Of a stretch of 64,000 nucleotides of DNA, positions 1 through 64,000 are shown one piece after another. Made by a program: the position numbers and the translations under genes. Within the stretch, counting starts at the first letter, position 1. Every line of letters begins with the position of its first letter. The notes below the pieces were generated by a model that saw only the letters and a program-made list of their open reading frames with translations, was not told the origin of the DNA and searched no databases. Source of the DNA: Tubiluchus corallicola (lineage: Eukaryota; Animalia; Priapulida); contig JAQGDQ010000750.1 of the NCBI GenBank assembly GCA_030141605.1, positions 38,100 to 102,099 on the forward strand, in the 5' to 3' direction.

Positions 1-97
1 ACCTAAAAATATACAGTTACAACTTCCACAGTTAGCGATTATCTCTTGTTTCTGTCAGTCCAGCATAGTACGAAGCTAACAGAGTTTTTTGTAACAG

Positions 98-42458
<42,361 letters not shown>

Positions 42459-42539
42459 ATTCATCTCCACGCGGAGTTAGTTCAGCGCGGATGAAGACGG
42501 GATTATGTTGAGAAGGACAGAAACGTTTCAATACTTGTA

Positions 42540-43224
42540 CTGTCAAACCTCGTTATGTCGCCCCTCCCCCCCTGGAAAATGGCCAGGAACAAAATGGTTA
42601 TATTCAAACGTATGCATTTATTTATTGAACCACTGAGCAAAGCAAATTATAAGAGACAAAGAAAAATGACTTAAAAGAAATTCTTTCTACATCAGAATAA
42701 GGAAACCACATACAAGTGGGTATGATGGTTCAAGCGCAGAAAAATGCACAAACAGAGCAACATACGTATATATATATATATTATAAACTTAACATTACAT
42801 GTATTACAGTTATGCTTAATAAACTAGTGAGCTTCCTTGAGGAAGTGGCTTCCTTGAGGAAATGGCTTCTAGAAGGCAGATAAGTGGTCTGAAATGCAGC
42901 AAAATGTACTGTTGTCAGAGTGGATCTCGTTTGGGAGCTTACACCGCTTCTCCAGACCCCCCTAACTGCTCTTCTGTTAGGCCCACCGTTGTTCAGAAAC
43001 CTGTATCCGCCCCTGAATTTAATCATTTTCTTCTAATTGATTAACCTTTATAGAGTGCAAATTGAGGACTCTAGCCAGTGTACACTCATCTGACTCGTTT
43101 TATGTTTCATCTGACTCGCGATTCGTTTTATATGACGCGTCTATGACAAAATTTAATGCCAAATTCGCAGTAACAGTAATTTTTTTCCGGGTGCCAAAGC
43201 GAGCGACGTAAAGAGGTTTGATTG
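42540..43224. mobile_element. pogo/mariner-like MITE in probable ITSN 3'UTR
   Basis: ta|ctgtcaaacctcgttatgtcgc / gcgacgtaaagaggtttgattg|ta. Confidence 0.65.
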
Positions 43225-43722
43225 TATTTTCCCATTACGTGTGTACGGCTAATGATGCGTGATAATGTCTTATAACAATAGACAAGGTAGAGATTTACTA
43301 GTCTGTGAAATAGTAATTATAATCGCTGTGTTCATACTAGGTCTAAACAACAAACACATCTATTCAACCTGTTTTAGTGATTGCAGTACCAATTCTGTGC
43401 CAATTTTCATGTCTTTGTCTGAATAAAACATCACAGACATTTTTTTCCAAAAAATCAATCAAAATTTGTATTGAAATTTAAATACCAGTGTTTTTGCAAG
43501 TATAACATTTTTGAAAGCAGCTTTTGCGACCTTTGCAAAACGAGGAAAATTACAGCATAAACTTTTACTTTCATTAGAACAAAAATCCATTCATAGATGG
43601 AATCTTGGATGTTATAAGAAGGATTGTATTTTTAATCTCTAACATATAGATATTTTGCAGCTCATTGCAGTTTGCTTCCTCGGTGCAAAGATTAGCAATA
43701 TGTTTGCATATTGCTAATGAAA

Positions 43723-43762
<40 letters not shown>

Positions 43763-45000
43763 TTAGAGAGGAGAGAGAGAGAGAAAGAGTTAGAGGGGAG
43801 AAAGAGTGAGAGGGGAGATGAGAGAGAGAGAGAGAGAGAATAAATGGGCTGAGAAATATGTGTCTACTAGCAAACAAAAACATTTTTTTATTATAACATT
43901 CATGATTTCATCTATGAATCCTTGTTTTATTAGTGTTTTCAATGATGGACAATAAACCCTGTTAATGATTCAATTTTGTACATTTTTATTACCTATCACC
44001 AGGGAGAAATTAGAAATGGAAAACATACCTGTAACAGGAAAACATTTCGGCTAATATTTACTCAGTTTTAACAAATTTGTTGCAAAAAGTTCATGATTTT
44101 GTTGTTATTTGGATCGCGATTCTGCTCAGATGGGCGTGTCATTTGATTTCAAAAAATAACTTATTTTACTTGACATGCAGGAACAAAATTCAAAATGGTA
44201 CTTAAATTTAGCAAATGTCTAAACTGATTTTCCCGATCGCGTTATTGCTAATTATTCGGTATTATCGCCATTCGACATTTTTTGTTAGCCATTAAAAATT
44301 TTAAAAATTGCTTTTCTTGTACATAAACGTGCCAAAAACAGTTAGTTGCAGGTCAAAATGACAACTGCTTCATCTGTATCGGCTGTCAAGCACAATTTTT
44401 TTGATATGATATAAAAAAGGTCCCACCATTTTTACGGGGCATTCAAATTTTAGTTGCATACTAATCATTAGATAATCGTATGTACATCCTTAATGTAAAA
44501 TTCCGATTTTTGCCTTATGCACAAGAAATTTTTAGCACAACTATCTCGGTGTGACACGGACGATTACTATCAACTTTAGTTGCACATTTTTCTAGATCCT
44601 TGTTCATATTGCGAGCAAATATGTGTTTGAATAAGAAGAAATTCCAGCACTACCACAACCCATTAGGATTATTACGCACCTTTGCTGTTATTATTAAAAG
44701 AGCAGCGAATTATAATTATTAACAATTATATTTATATAATGTAAATAATTATAATTATAACGCATTATAGTTGAACGAAATTCTACGCAAATCATTGTGC
44801 ACAGAATTTATTGGAACATCCATTTTATTTTTATAATAATTTTGTTAGCTAAGCTTTAGTTGCTTTTTCTTGCTATAAGTTATTAGTTTCTGAAGTTTCA
44901 AACGTAACTAACATAGGAAAAATTCACGAGACTTTCCAGCATACCAGATCTGTTCATTACAGGCATTTAATGTCGTTACTTGCTGGATGGGTTTGATTAA

Positions 45001-45611
45001 CCCTTATAGGGTCACCGGGGGGGGGGAGTTAAAAATTACGCCCAGACCGGTTTTTTGCATTTTACCCTTTTACGCATCCCAGTAAACCTTTTCTATGACT
45101 TTTTCTAAATATGTTTTGTGCACAAAATACTTTCAGTTATTTATTTTAGGCACATTGTCTCACCACGAAATAAAAGTGAAAATGCAATATGTCGATTTTT
45201 TAAAATTGTAGAAACTTTACTTCGCTTGTCTATACATTATAGGGGGCGATGTATCTGATAAAACAAAATGTCAGACGTCTGTATGCTGCCATTGTAGTAG
45301 ACAATAAATTCAAAATAACAATGATTTTTGCACACGCGCTAGCAATGTCGGTTGTCTACAGTTATTCCAGCATAGATAAGGGAACGTAACTAAGTGAATT
45401 TAAATTTCGCATTACTAGTAAGTCACATGTCTTTAAGCAGAGGTATAATGTATCCTATGGTGGTCAGCATAACCTCAAATTATGCTGTTGCTGTTTACTA
45501 ATGAAACACGGCGGTTTATCAAAAGTAATTTACGAATTATGGTGGGAATAATTTTTACCCCCCCCCTCCCGTTACCAAAATCAGTTGTAAAAAATCGTGA
45601 TCCTATAAGGA
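45001..45611. mobile_element. piggyBac-like MITE
   Basis: ttaa|cccttatagggtcac / gtgatcctataagga|ttaa. Confidence 0.7.
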
Positions 45612-45900
45612 TTAATTTCTCAGCAGGTCATTATTACTATGTAGTCATTCCATAGCAGGTCTCTATCATTATTAAACTAATCATTCCATAGTTTTGGGGC
45701 ACACTCGTGGATACCTAAGCAATCTAATATCATGTGCACAAGTCTCGTGCTCTGTTTGTAAACAGAAATTTTGATTTACTTATGTTGATTCTGGTACTTA
45801 CATTGTGATAATACAGTTTACATTCCACAAATGTTAGTATGTGTTTGTTTGCTTATTATTGCCGTTAAGTCAACTATTCTGCAGAAATTTGGACCTTGAC

Positions 45901-46560
45901 CAGTGGCAGCTCGTGTACAGGTACTGTGGAACTGCAGCACTCAATACTTTCACTCAATATTATCGATAATATTCAATATAATAAGTCTTTTTTCTTTAGT
46001 TCATTCTCTGTACTTTTACGGAACCAGAGCACGTGAGGGTAGTACTGTTTGCTTCACAGCCCAGCACAGTGCGCTCCAGCAACGCGGTGTTTGGCTGTTG
46101 TGCGCATGCGACCAGAGCACGTGAGGGTAGTACTGTTTGCTTCACAGCCCAGCACAGTGCGCTCCAGTAACGCGGTGTTTAGCTGTTGTGCGCATGCGGC
46201 CAGAGCACGTGAGGGTAGTACTGTTTGCTTCACAGCCCAGCACAGCACAGTGCGCTCCAGCAACGCGGTGTTTGGCTGTTGTGCGCATGCGGCCATACTG
46301 TCAAAGTTTGTTGTCAGTTGTCACGTGTTTACCGTGAATGAATCAACCTTAAACTGCGACAATTTAGGCTATTAGTAAACAAGAAATATTTTTTGTTTAG
46401 GATTTTATCAAGTTTATGTATAACCTTTCGTATGTTTGTTTGTTTAATCACAATTACAATTTTCAACATTAAAATTAAATATATTTGTTTCGTTTTACAC
46501 AGTATTAAAACGATGGCTAAACATTTTCTGAAGCAGCACCCCCACTAAGAGCCGCCACTG
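45901..46560. mobile_element. hAT MITE with internal 88-bp triplication; partial relatives at ~10222-10660 and ~6305-6410
   Basis: TIR cagtggc(a/g)gctc; perfect 8-bp TSD ACCTTGAC. Confidence 0.85.
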
Positions 46561-47998
46561 ACCTTGACACAAATTTCTGTGTTAATTGGCAAATATAGCT
46601 GTTACCTAAACATCACCGCAACTTGTACAGTGGTCAAATGCTGTCCAAAATAGTCTTAGACAGTGGTCAAATGTTATCCAGAATAGACATAGAAGACCAT
46701 CTCGATTTGATAACGCTGAACACTACTGGTGTGCTTATTTTGATTTGAAATTCTTTCTACATCGCTGCTTCAGTTTCATAATTGATGTCTACACCACAGT
46801 TTCATAAATGATGTCTATATTAAGACTGAAATCTTTTTCAGCAATTTGTGGGCCAAAGCATAGTGAGCTTAAAGGAAAACCGGAACCCAATCTTAAACAT
46901 TCTAAAATATTGAAAAGAAACACTATTTTTTTTGAACAATGACTTACGTAAAGCAATTATTACCACACAAACACAATTTTGCATTCGTGCCACTAGTTCT
47001 TTACCTTTCACTGGTTAGATGGGCATTAGCGCCTGCATTTCGGAAATGCATGCACAAAAAATAAGTGCTGTAACTCTCAGATCAGATGTGTTAGTTTGTG
47101 ACGAACTACACATATTCGACAGCTCATGCGTGAGCAGAGCAGTAAATTTGAAATTTGAATTTTTATCTTAAAACTTGCCTAGTTTTAGTACAACACACTG
47201 AATATCTTACAGTAGCACTGTACTTCAATTTTCGCTTTCGCAAACTGTGTTAAAATGTATACTTTTTATCAGACCTGTATTCCTTTAATGTTCTAGAACA
47301 GAAAACTATTTCTTGGGCATCAGTAATCTTAATTTCAGATTGAGATTGAGATTACTTTCCATTGGAGTTTACTTACACAAATACGAAGATCATAATCATC
47401 ATTATTACTATCATTATTATAATTATTATTGATTCACAATTTGGTCCAATCAGAAATAATTCAAAGGCAGTATTCGTAGCACAATATTGGATTGCATAGT
47501 CGGTCCATGGCACAACGGTTTTACGTTTGATCTTTGCGTCGTCCATTTTAAACACGAAACTGGCAGAAAGAAATGATAATTATTCAATAATTAATGTCAG
47601 AACATTAAATTGCACTCAACAAAAATTAACACAAAATTACTATTTAAAACACTTTATATTAATAACTATGGATAAATTATTAACTTAACAATTGGCAACG
47701 TATCACATTTAAATCACCAAAAATTTTTAAAATTGGCCCAAACAAGAAAATGCAAATGCAAAGGTAACAATACAGAAGTAATAAATTTCACAGAATGTGC
47801 GGCCAAAATGCAATATTGTACTATCTTTACAGTAACAGTGTATTTATGACAATCTTGCTCAAATTTATGACAGTGGAGCTAGTATTTGTAATACTATCAC
47901 ACCGTCAGCACTGTTAGAGCCTTCACAATAATTATGACAATATACAGTATTTGCAGTATAGGCAGTCGTCAACTTACAACCTACGTAACTTTGACTTT

Positions 47999-48765
47999 GT
48001 CTACGGCCATATCGCGTTGAAAACACCGGTTCTCGTCTGATCACCGAAGTTAAGCAACGTAGAGCCTGGTAGTACTTGGATGGGTAACCCCCTTGGAATA
48101 CCAGGTGCTGCAGGCTTGTGGGATGCCCACACTGAATCTCGACACTAGGTGGGGGAGCAGCACAACCAGCCAACGGCTAGAGGGCGGAGGAGGTCAAGTG
48201 ACCCAACGGCCATGTGTAGAGGAGTAAACCTTCCAAATCAGGAGTGGAGCCCCGAAGGCGGACCAGTGCAGCATGCTCACTGACTCGGGCAGCTCCTGCA
48301 GCCAACCTGGTGCCAAACGTATCGCTCCGCTTTCCTTTGGACTACAGCAGGGAGGAAGAGAGGGGGTTCCTGTTGTCTGGGGCAACTCAGGATCTCCATA
48401 CACCTTGCCCTGGCGTGCGCCTTGGAGACGTTCAAGGATCGGACTGCTCAGCCACATTCAACGCTGCAGCTCCATCAATGTGATCAATAATTGACTCTCT
48501 TGGCGCACACTCCATTGTCTTCCGAGACAGAAGGATGCCAACAAGATCCTCTACTGCTCAGCCACAGTCGATGCTGCAGCTCCATCAATGTGATCAATAA
48601 CTGACTCTCTTGGCGCACACTCCATTGTCTTCCGAGACAGAAGGATGCCAACAAGATCCTCTACTGCTCAGCCACAGTCGACGCTGCAGCTCCTTCAATG
48701 TGATCAATAACTAACTCTCTTGGCGCACACTCCATTGTCTTCTGAGACAGAAGGATGCCAACAAC
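47999..48765 (+). mobile_element. 5S rRNA-derived SINE (SINE3-type) with RTE-LINE-derived 3' tail
   Basis: ~119-nt 5S head (47999-48117) lacking a T-run terminator; tail encodes RSRIGLLSHIQRC; 110-bp tail triplication; CAACAAC end; 12-bp TSD aactttgacttt/aactttgccttt. Confidence 0.8.
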
Positions 48766-49677
48766 AACTTTGCCTTTACTTTGGAAACTTAATTAATTCT
48801 ACAAAACATTATTAACTCATATTTCCTTTTTTACGTAAATTAATTTTAAACTAGCCACATCCTACATAGTGGTCGTTTATTTACCTAACACAAGGTCAGC
48901 AACTTATAGACAGGACAGCGTATAATGGAATGATGTCCGAACAATGGTCACTGTAGCTTCTTAGCGAGATTGTCCCAAAATGGAACCTCCAATCAACTCG
49001 TCGCAGCTGTTTTTGGTGGATGCGTCCCACAACGTAACCCACATCTTGTTGCCCTGTTCCTCGTCTTTCTAAAGAGCTACATATCTCCTTCTGAGAGTCC
49101 CATCGGGCACCGCTAAGACGTTTTTTCTTTTCTACTGGCCATTCCGTCAAAATTTCGAAAAAATCGGCAGTTGGGTTCAGGAAAATGCCCGTTACGGGAT
49201 GCCGCGACCCTCCCGCAATTCTAAATGTGCCTACCACGCCCATCATTGAACAGGCTATTTATCCATAGCCAGCACCACCCCCGATCCATTCCTGTTCTCT
49301 AGAAATGAGAGGTATAAGTTTTAGGCAAAAAGGGCTATTTTGGGAGGTTTTTCGCCCCCGTTCCTGGGCCCGATTCGAAAAATAAGCCCCAATGGTAAAG
49401 GATTAGATCAAAATCTCTCCAATGATATATAGATTGTCGAAAATGGTGCCGTCATTGCAGCTGTATATATACATATACATCTACATACCACCGAAGATCC
49501 CTATCTGTTTTGAAAAATTCACCCGCAGATGCTACCATACTTACTGCACGCACACACAACACGTTGTGTGTAGCAGCTCCAACTTGAACATACAGGACCA
49601 ACTTGCATCCAAGTATTTCAATCAATTCATCGAAACCAATTGTGGTCGTAGGTCAACAACTACCTGTACTACATATG

Positions 49678-50168
49678 CAGGGATGAGAATTTTCCGCGGA
49701 TACGCGGAATTCCGAGTTTATGGAAGACCAGTAGTGCTATTTTTTGTAAATCGTGTAAATTCGTTGAGAAAATTTTTACGGACCCAGTACATTATTTCAC
49801 AAGCTGACCGCTAGTTGGCAGGCCGTCACTTTGTTTACATCATGTACATCAGTGTAACCACGTGTAGATCTCTATGTATAAAAATATAGAATCAATTGTG
49901 TGGAGTTATTTGAGTCAATTGCAGACAGTTTTTATATATTTTTGCATAGGAGCGGCCAGTACTTAGACGTTTTTGAGAAAATTAAGTATCGTGTATCCTT
50001 GATAGTTGGGTATTTTAAATTATGCATGAAACAAGGTAATTGATATTTTAAGTCCACTTAGAGGCTCTCTATGGTCACAAAATTGTTATTTGTCCCTCAA
50101 TGCCTAGGCGGTCCCAAAACCCCCGGCCTGTTTCAGAGTTTTTTTGCAATTTGTCATTCTCATCCCTG
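49678..50168. mobile_element. hAT-like MITE
   Basis: TIR cagggatgagaat/attctcatccctg; 3' half also at 22102-22328; TSD not evident. Confidence 0.65.
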
Positions 50169-50345
50169 ATATTGTTGTAGCCCGTAAACATAAGTACTAG
50201 CAAAATCACACTAGCTTTAAGTTAATAAGGAATTCAGTTAAGATGCAAATAAAAGTTAAGCAGTAACACATTATCTTTGGTAAAAACAAAACAGTCAAAA
50301 TACCACAGAATGCTCTAAAATAACTTTTCAAACTCGTCAAACTGT

Positions 50346-60064
<9,719 letters not shown>

Positions 60065-60581
60065 CTACACCAAAACCACTCGATGTCAGAAAATGTCATA
60101 AGTCATTTATTTCACATTACACATAATTTACAATAGTTTCATGTACAATATCTAGTGAAAGGGCCTACAATGAACACAATACAAATAAGAAATACTGCAC
60201 AGGAAAAGCCTCAAACACTGTTCACCTATATACGAAGGTAAATGTGTTGAGGGCAATCAAAAAGCAGGGCTTGTTAGAAGAAAAAAAAGCAGTGAAAGAA
60301 AAAAAAGTAATGGAGATAATCTGAAAATTTAAAGTGAATCGTGAGAAGAAAAAGTAATGGAAATAATCTGAAAATTTAAAGTGAATCGTGTGATAAAGAA
60401 AACATTAGTGCTTAAAATGGAATGATGTAATGAATGAAGCTCATATATGAGATGATACAAAAGATAGAAAGACTATTATTTGTTAATATAATATTTTGTA
60501 ACTAAATGATGGCCCAACCAAAACGTTTAGTAATAAACACGAGCTCGTTAAGCCAATCATCTGGTTAAATGATAGCAATTA

Positions 60582-61451
60582 GAGTAAACTCCGCGTAACT
60601 CAAAATCGCACAACTCAAATTTTTACCCGATTCAATGAATTTCAACAAGACTTTTTTTTCCGCAAAAAGCATCGCTTAACTCAAAATTGCTCCGAATTCA
60701 AATAATTATGATCCATTTAAGCACCATTAGCACCACAAATTTTTTACAATTTTCACTAACCTGAGAAGGGTAGCTGACTCGATGACCAATTGGTCTTTCG
60801 CTACCCTTTCTCCTGCACCCCCCCTTAACTCTTTCCTTTATGCTTAATTTATCCTTTTTAATCAATAACTATAAAAATAATAGTCAATTTGTATACAGGT
60901 GTAAATGAGGAGATAAATAAAAATGTCTATGTCTATGTCTATGTCTATGTCTATGTCTATGTCTATGTCTATGTCCATGTCCATGTCCATGTCCATGTCC
61001 ATGTCCATGTCCATGTCCATGTCCATGTCCATGTCCATGTCCATGTCTATGTCTATGTCTATGTCTATGTCATTTAATAAAAAATACATGTAATTTACAT
61101 CGCCTAACTCAAAAATGCGATTTATACTCTAAAAAAACAAGGACTTTCGTACAACTCAAAAACAGTGTCGTCTTCTGGGAAAATTCTAATATTTTACAAG
61201 TCGTGCCGTTATTTTCTCCTGGATTGATCTTTCCGGGAAAGTCTAATCGTGTTTCACTGCAATAATTTGTTATTCTTTACATAATTGTCATCAAATCGTG
61301 TCGTTTATGTATAGAAGGGTTGAATTTCTGCCTTCTATTTGGCTCTCTGGAGGAGGGGTTTAGAGTTTCTATGCTTGAAAATGATCAACATCGCCCAACT
61401 CAAAGTTTTTTTTTATCGGTTCAGTTGGGTTAAGTTAAGCAGAGTTTACTG
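60582..61451. mobile_element. pogo/mariner-like MITE
   Basis: ta|gagtaaactccgcgtaact / agttaagcagagtttactg|ta. Confidence 0.6.
60923..61071. repeat. hexamer (ATGTCT/ATGTCC)n
   Basis: direct. Confidence 0.95.
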
Positions 61452-61458
61452 TATTACC

Positions 61459-61844
61459 CAGGGCTTATTTCAAGGGGGGAAATGGGGATACTTCCCCGAG
61501 GCCTCACCCTCCAGGGGGGCCTCGCGCCAAGGTAACTTTTTTTTTGCTTTATGTGAACATACTGCCTCCTCTCTCTCTCTTGCCGCACGCATGCCGTTTG
61601 CCAGTATTGACAAGTTTTAAGGACTGATCTTGAGAATAAAGCAGTTTTTCTTTCAATTGTTCTTTCCTTTAACAACTGTATAACTCCATATTTTCTCTTC
61701 AAAAATGCTTCTCCGGCGTTCTAGCAGTTCAAAAATTTTCTGGGCGCCAACCACGGTAGCGCCCGCCCCCGGCACTCCCCCCCCCCCGAAGGGGCCTCAC
61801 ACGCCTCACCTCCCCGGGCCTCGCCTAGGCTGAAATAGGCCCTG
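61459..61844. mobile_element. hAT MITE
   Basis: TIR cagggc(t/c)tatttca; perfect 8-bp TSD GTATTACC. Confidence 0.85.
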
Positions 61845-62123
61845 GTATTACCATCACATTCAAAGTAATAATGACTCATGAGTGTAAAGCAAAGAAAAGC
61901 TGGCGTCAGATGCAGAACTTCAAAGAATTTCTTACGAGTCTCTGCTGCCAGTTAGTTTGTGTAACACAACCTCCATACTTTTCGTTGCACTGAGAAAGGC
62001 GAACATTGTGTACTGCGAGTGTAGAAAACTCTACAAGCAGCTGCATAAAAGGAACCATTTGTAAAAACTTTATAGCTGACAGCATAGAATTATTGAATTT
62101 GTACACAGCTTAAAGAGTATATT

Positions 62124-62591
62124 AGACTGAAGTTAATGTAGACTGGTTCACTCTGGTGGTTGAAACAAAGAATATGAAATTGTGTTGAACTGTGGAGACT
62201 GAAGTTAGTGTAGACTGTTGTAGACTGGTTCACTCTGGTGGTTGAAACAAAGAATATGAAATTGTGTAGAACTGTGGAGACTGAAGTTAGTATAGACTGT
62301 TGTAGACTGGCTCACTCTGGTGGTTGAAACAAAAAACATGAAATTGTGTTGAACTGTGAAAGACTGAAGTTAGTGTAGACTGGTTCACTCTGGTGGTTGA
62401 AACAAAGAATATGAAATTGTGTTGAACTGTGGAGACTGAAGTTAGTATAGACTGTTGTAGACTGGCTCACTCTGGTGGTTGAAACAAAAAACATGAAATT
62501 GTGTTGAACTGTGAAAGACTGAAGTTAGTGTAGACTGGTTCACTCTGGTAGTTGAAACAAAAAACATGAAATTGTGTTGAACTGTGAAAGA
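62124..62591. repeat. 73/82-bp tandem repeat (~6 units)
   Basis: direct. Confidence 0.9.
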
Positions 62592-62905
62592 TTTGATTTC
62601 AACTTACATATTACACTATTATTTACAGGACAGAAGACGCATGGTGACCATTCAACAGCAATGGTCAAGAAGAAAAAACCCGGCTGGCCTTGGCAGAGGA
62701 AGTCACATGTACAAACTGAGCTTCCTGATTGGCTAATAAGACACACCAGCAATCAACTCTACCATATATGGGAAACCCACAGGTGACTGAGCAGCACTTA
62801 CCAAGGCCACAACCTGGATTAAACTTGACTCAGTTCAACAATAAATAATGTTAAATGTAGGTGGCAGCACATATTAAATTATGATTGTAGTACAGTACTT
62901 TAAAT

Positions 62906-63338
62906 CAGGGGTGTGCAAACAGCGGCCCGCGGACCACTTGCGGCCCGCCGAGAGATCTTGTGCGGCCCGCAAAGAGGTTTGTCAACGTGATGAAAGTGCG
63001 GCCCACGTGATGCAGCTGAAGTCTGCGCCAATTTCGCAAAGATAGTGCGGGTAGTTTTTCCCTCTAGATCGGATGGCATTAACCCTTACAAGACCGTTGT
63101 CACTTAATGTCACTGTCGGACATGACGAAATATATGGTTTTTAATATAAATTTTAATAACTTCTAAAATAGTTTCTTGAGTATAGTAGTGCAGTAGCAAT
63201 AATGTGCGCAAATCGGATGCAAAAAAATCGTTATTAGGTCCTACTGTACTTGGCTCCTTGACCAAACTGCATGTGGCCAACAGGAATTGCGAGAAAGCTT
63301 AATGTGGCCCGGCTTGTCAGATAATTTGCACACCCCTG
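62906..63338. mobile_element. hAT MITE, inverted copy of 3176-3675
   Basis: TIRs; perfect 8-bp TSD CTTTAAAT. Confidence 0.85.
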
Positions 63339-63659
63339 CTTTAAATTAAGAATTGCAAACGAAATACGCAGCAGCAGATGCAGCTACAAGCTACAACTTC
63401 AAACTAAATTGGAGACTATCACATGTTAATACAACAAGCACCTAGTTTTGTTTGTCACTCGTTCCAGTTGATTAGACCCAAGTCAAAATGAATACAGTAG
63501 GCTAATGTTAAAGCACAGGAAAACGCTTCTCATAAAATCACTGACTTGTAGCCTTATTGTGCACAGAGCTTGCATTAGTAGTAACACTGGGTAAAACTCC
63601 TAAATTTGAACTTCACCGGTGACTGTTAGACGCAGAAAATTTAACAGGAGGTCGTGGAA

Positions 63660-64000
63660 GCAAGTTTAAACAGTTTGTGCAATGGCAGGCATCTTCCCTT
63701 GCGCGTCAAGCACATTTGTGTAAGTGTTACTGCTTAAACGAGTGACGAAAATGCGCTCTACTAACACAGCAGTTCATGATCACGGTTATCATGGTACCAC
63801 CTTCTATACGTCAGCAACACGCAGCTGACAAAAAGGCACCATTGCCAAACTTAGTAGATTCACCGAGCTGCACGAAGCTTTGAAAGTAGTACGAAATTTA
63901 AATTTGAGTATCCGAGGTAATTATTACTTAATCTAAGCATTGATTAAAAAAACTATTGAGGTTTTCAATATTTTAAAGCATTCTTTATTGTGAAATAATG
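63660..64000. mobile_element. TTAA MITE family D, inverted partial copy
   Basis: reverse-complement similarity to 4410-4760. Confidence 0.7.

Noticed and set aside
47999-48117. Functional 5S rRNA gene
   Set aside because: Several deviations from consensus, no oligo-T terminator, embedded in a TSD-flanked element; treated as a SINE head.
61850-62830. Candidates for SMPD2 exon 1 (needs ...LNCW-type end, TG|gt)
   Set aside because: Candidate donors near 61850, 62761 and 62800 have in-frame stops or lack the motif; exon 1 probably lies beyond the window.

Overview
AT-rich, repeat-dense animal genomic DNA, probably an invertebrate: the 5S-like sequence looks lophotrochozoan-type (inference). Two convergent multi-exon genes were reconstructed by hand from splice sites. 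(1) On +, the 3' half of an intersectin (ITSN): SH3C-SH3D-SH3E-DH-PH-C2, 98-42458. It includes an alternative terminal exon at 14974 that reproduces the ITSN-short/ITSN-long switch. (2) On -, a neutral sphingomyelinase of SMPD2/nSMase1 type: 7 exons at 60064-50346, first exon not found. Introns contain hAT, Tc1/mariner-pogo, piggyBac and TTAA (Kolobok-like) MITEs, a solo LTR, LINE remnants, a 5S-derived SINE with an RTE tail, and many minisatellites. The most unusual signals are: tandem arrays that have amplified real exon ends together with their splice donors; five unrelated arrays with a 41-bp period; an intronic copy of a DH exon; a candidate 30-nt microexon; and the 5S/RTE SINE. Most long ORFs in the supplied track are repeat artefacts.
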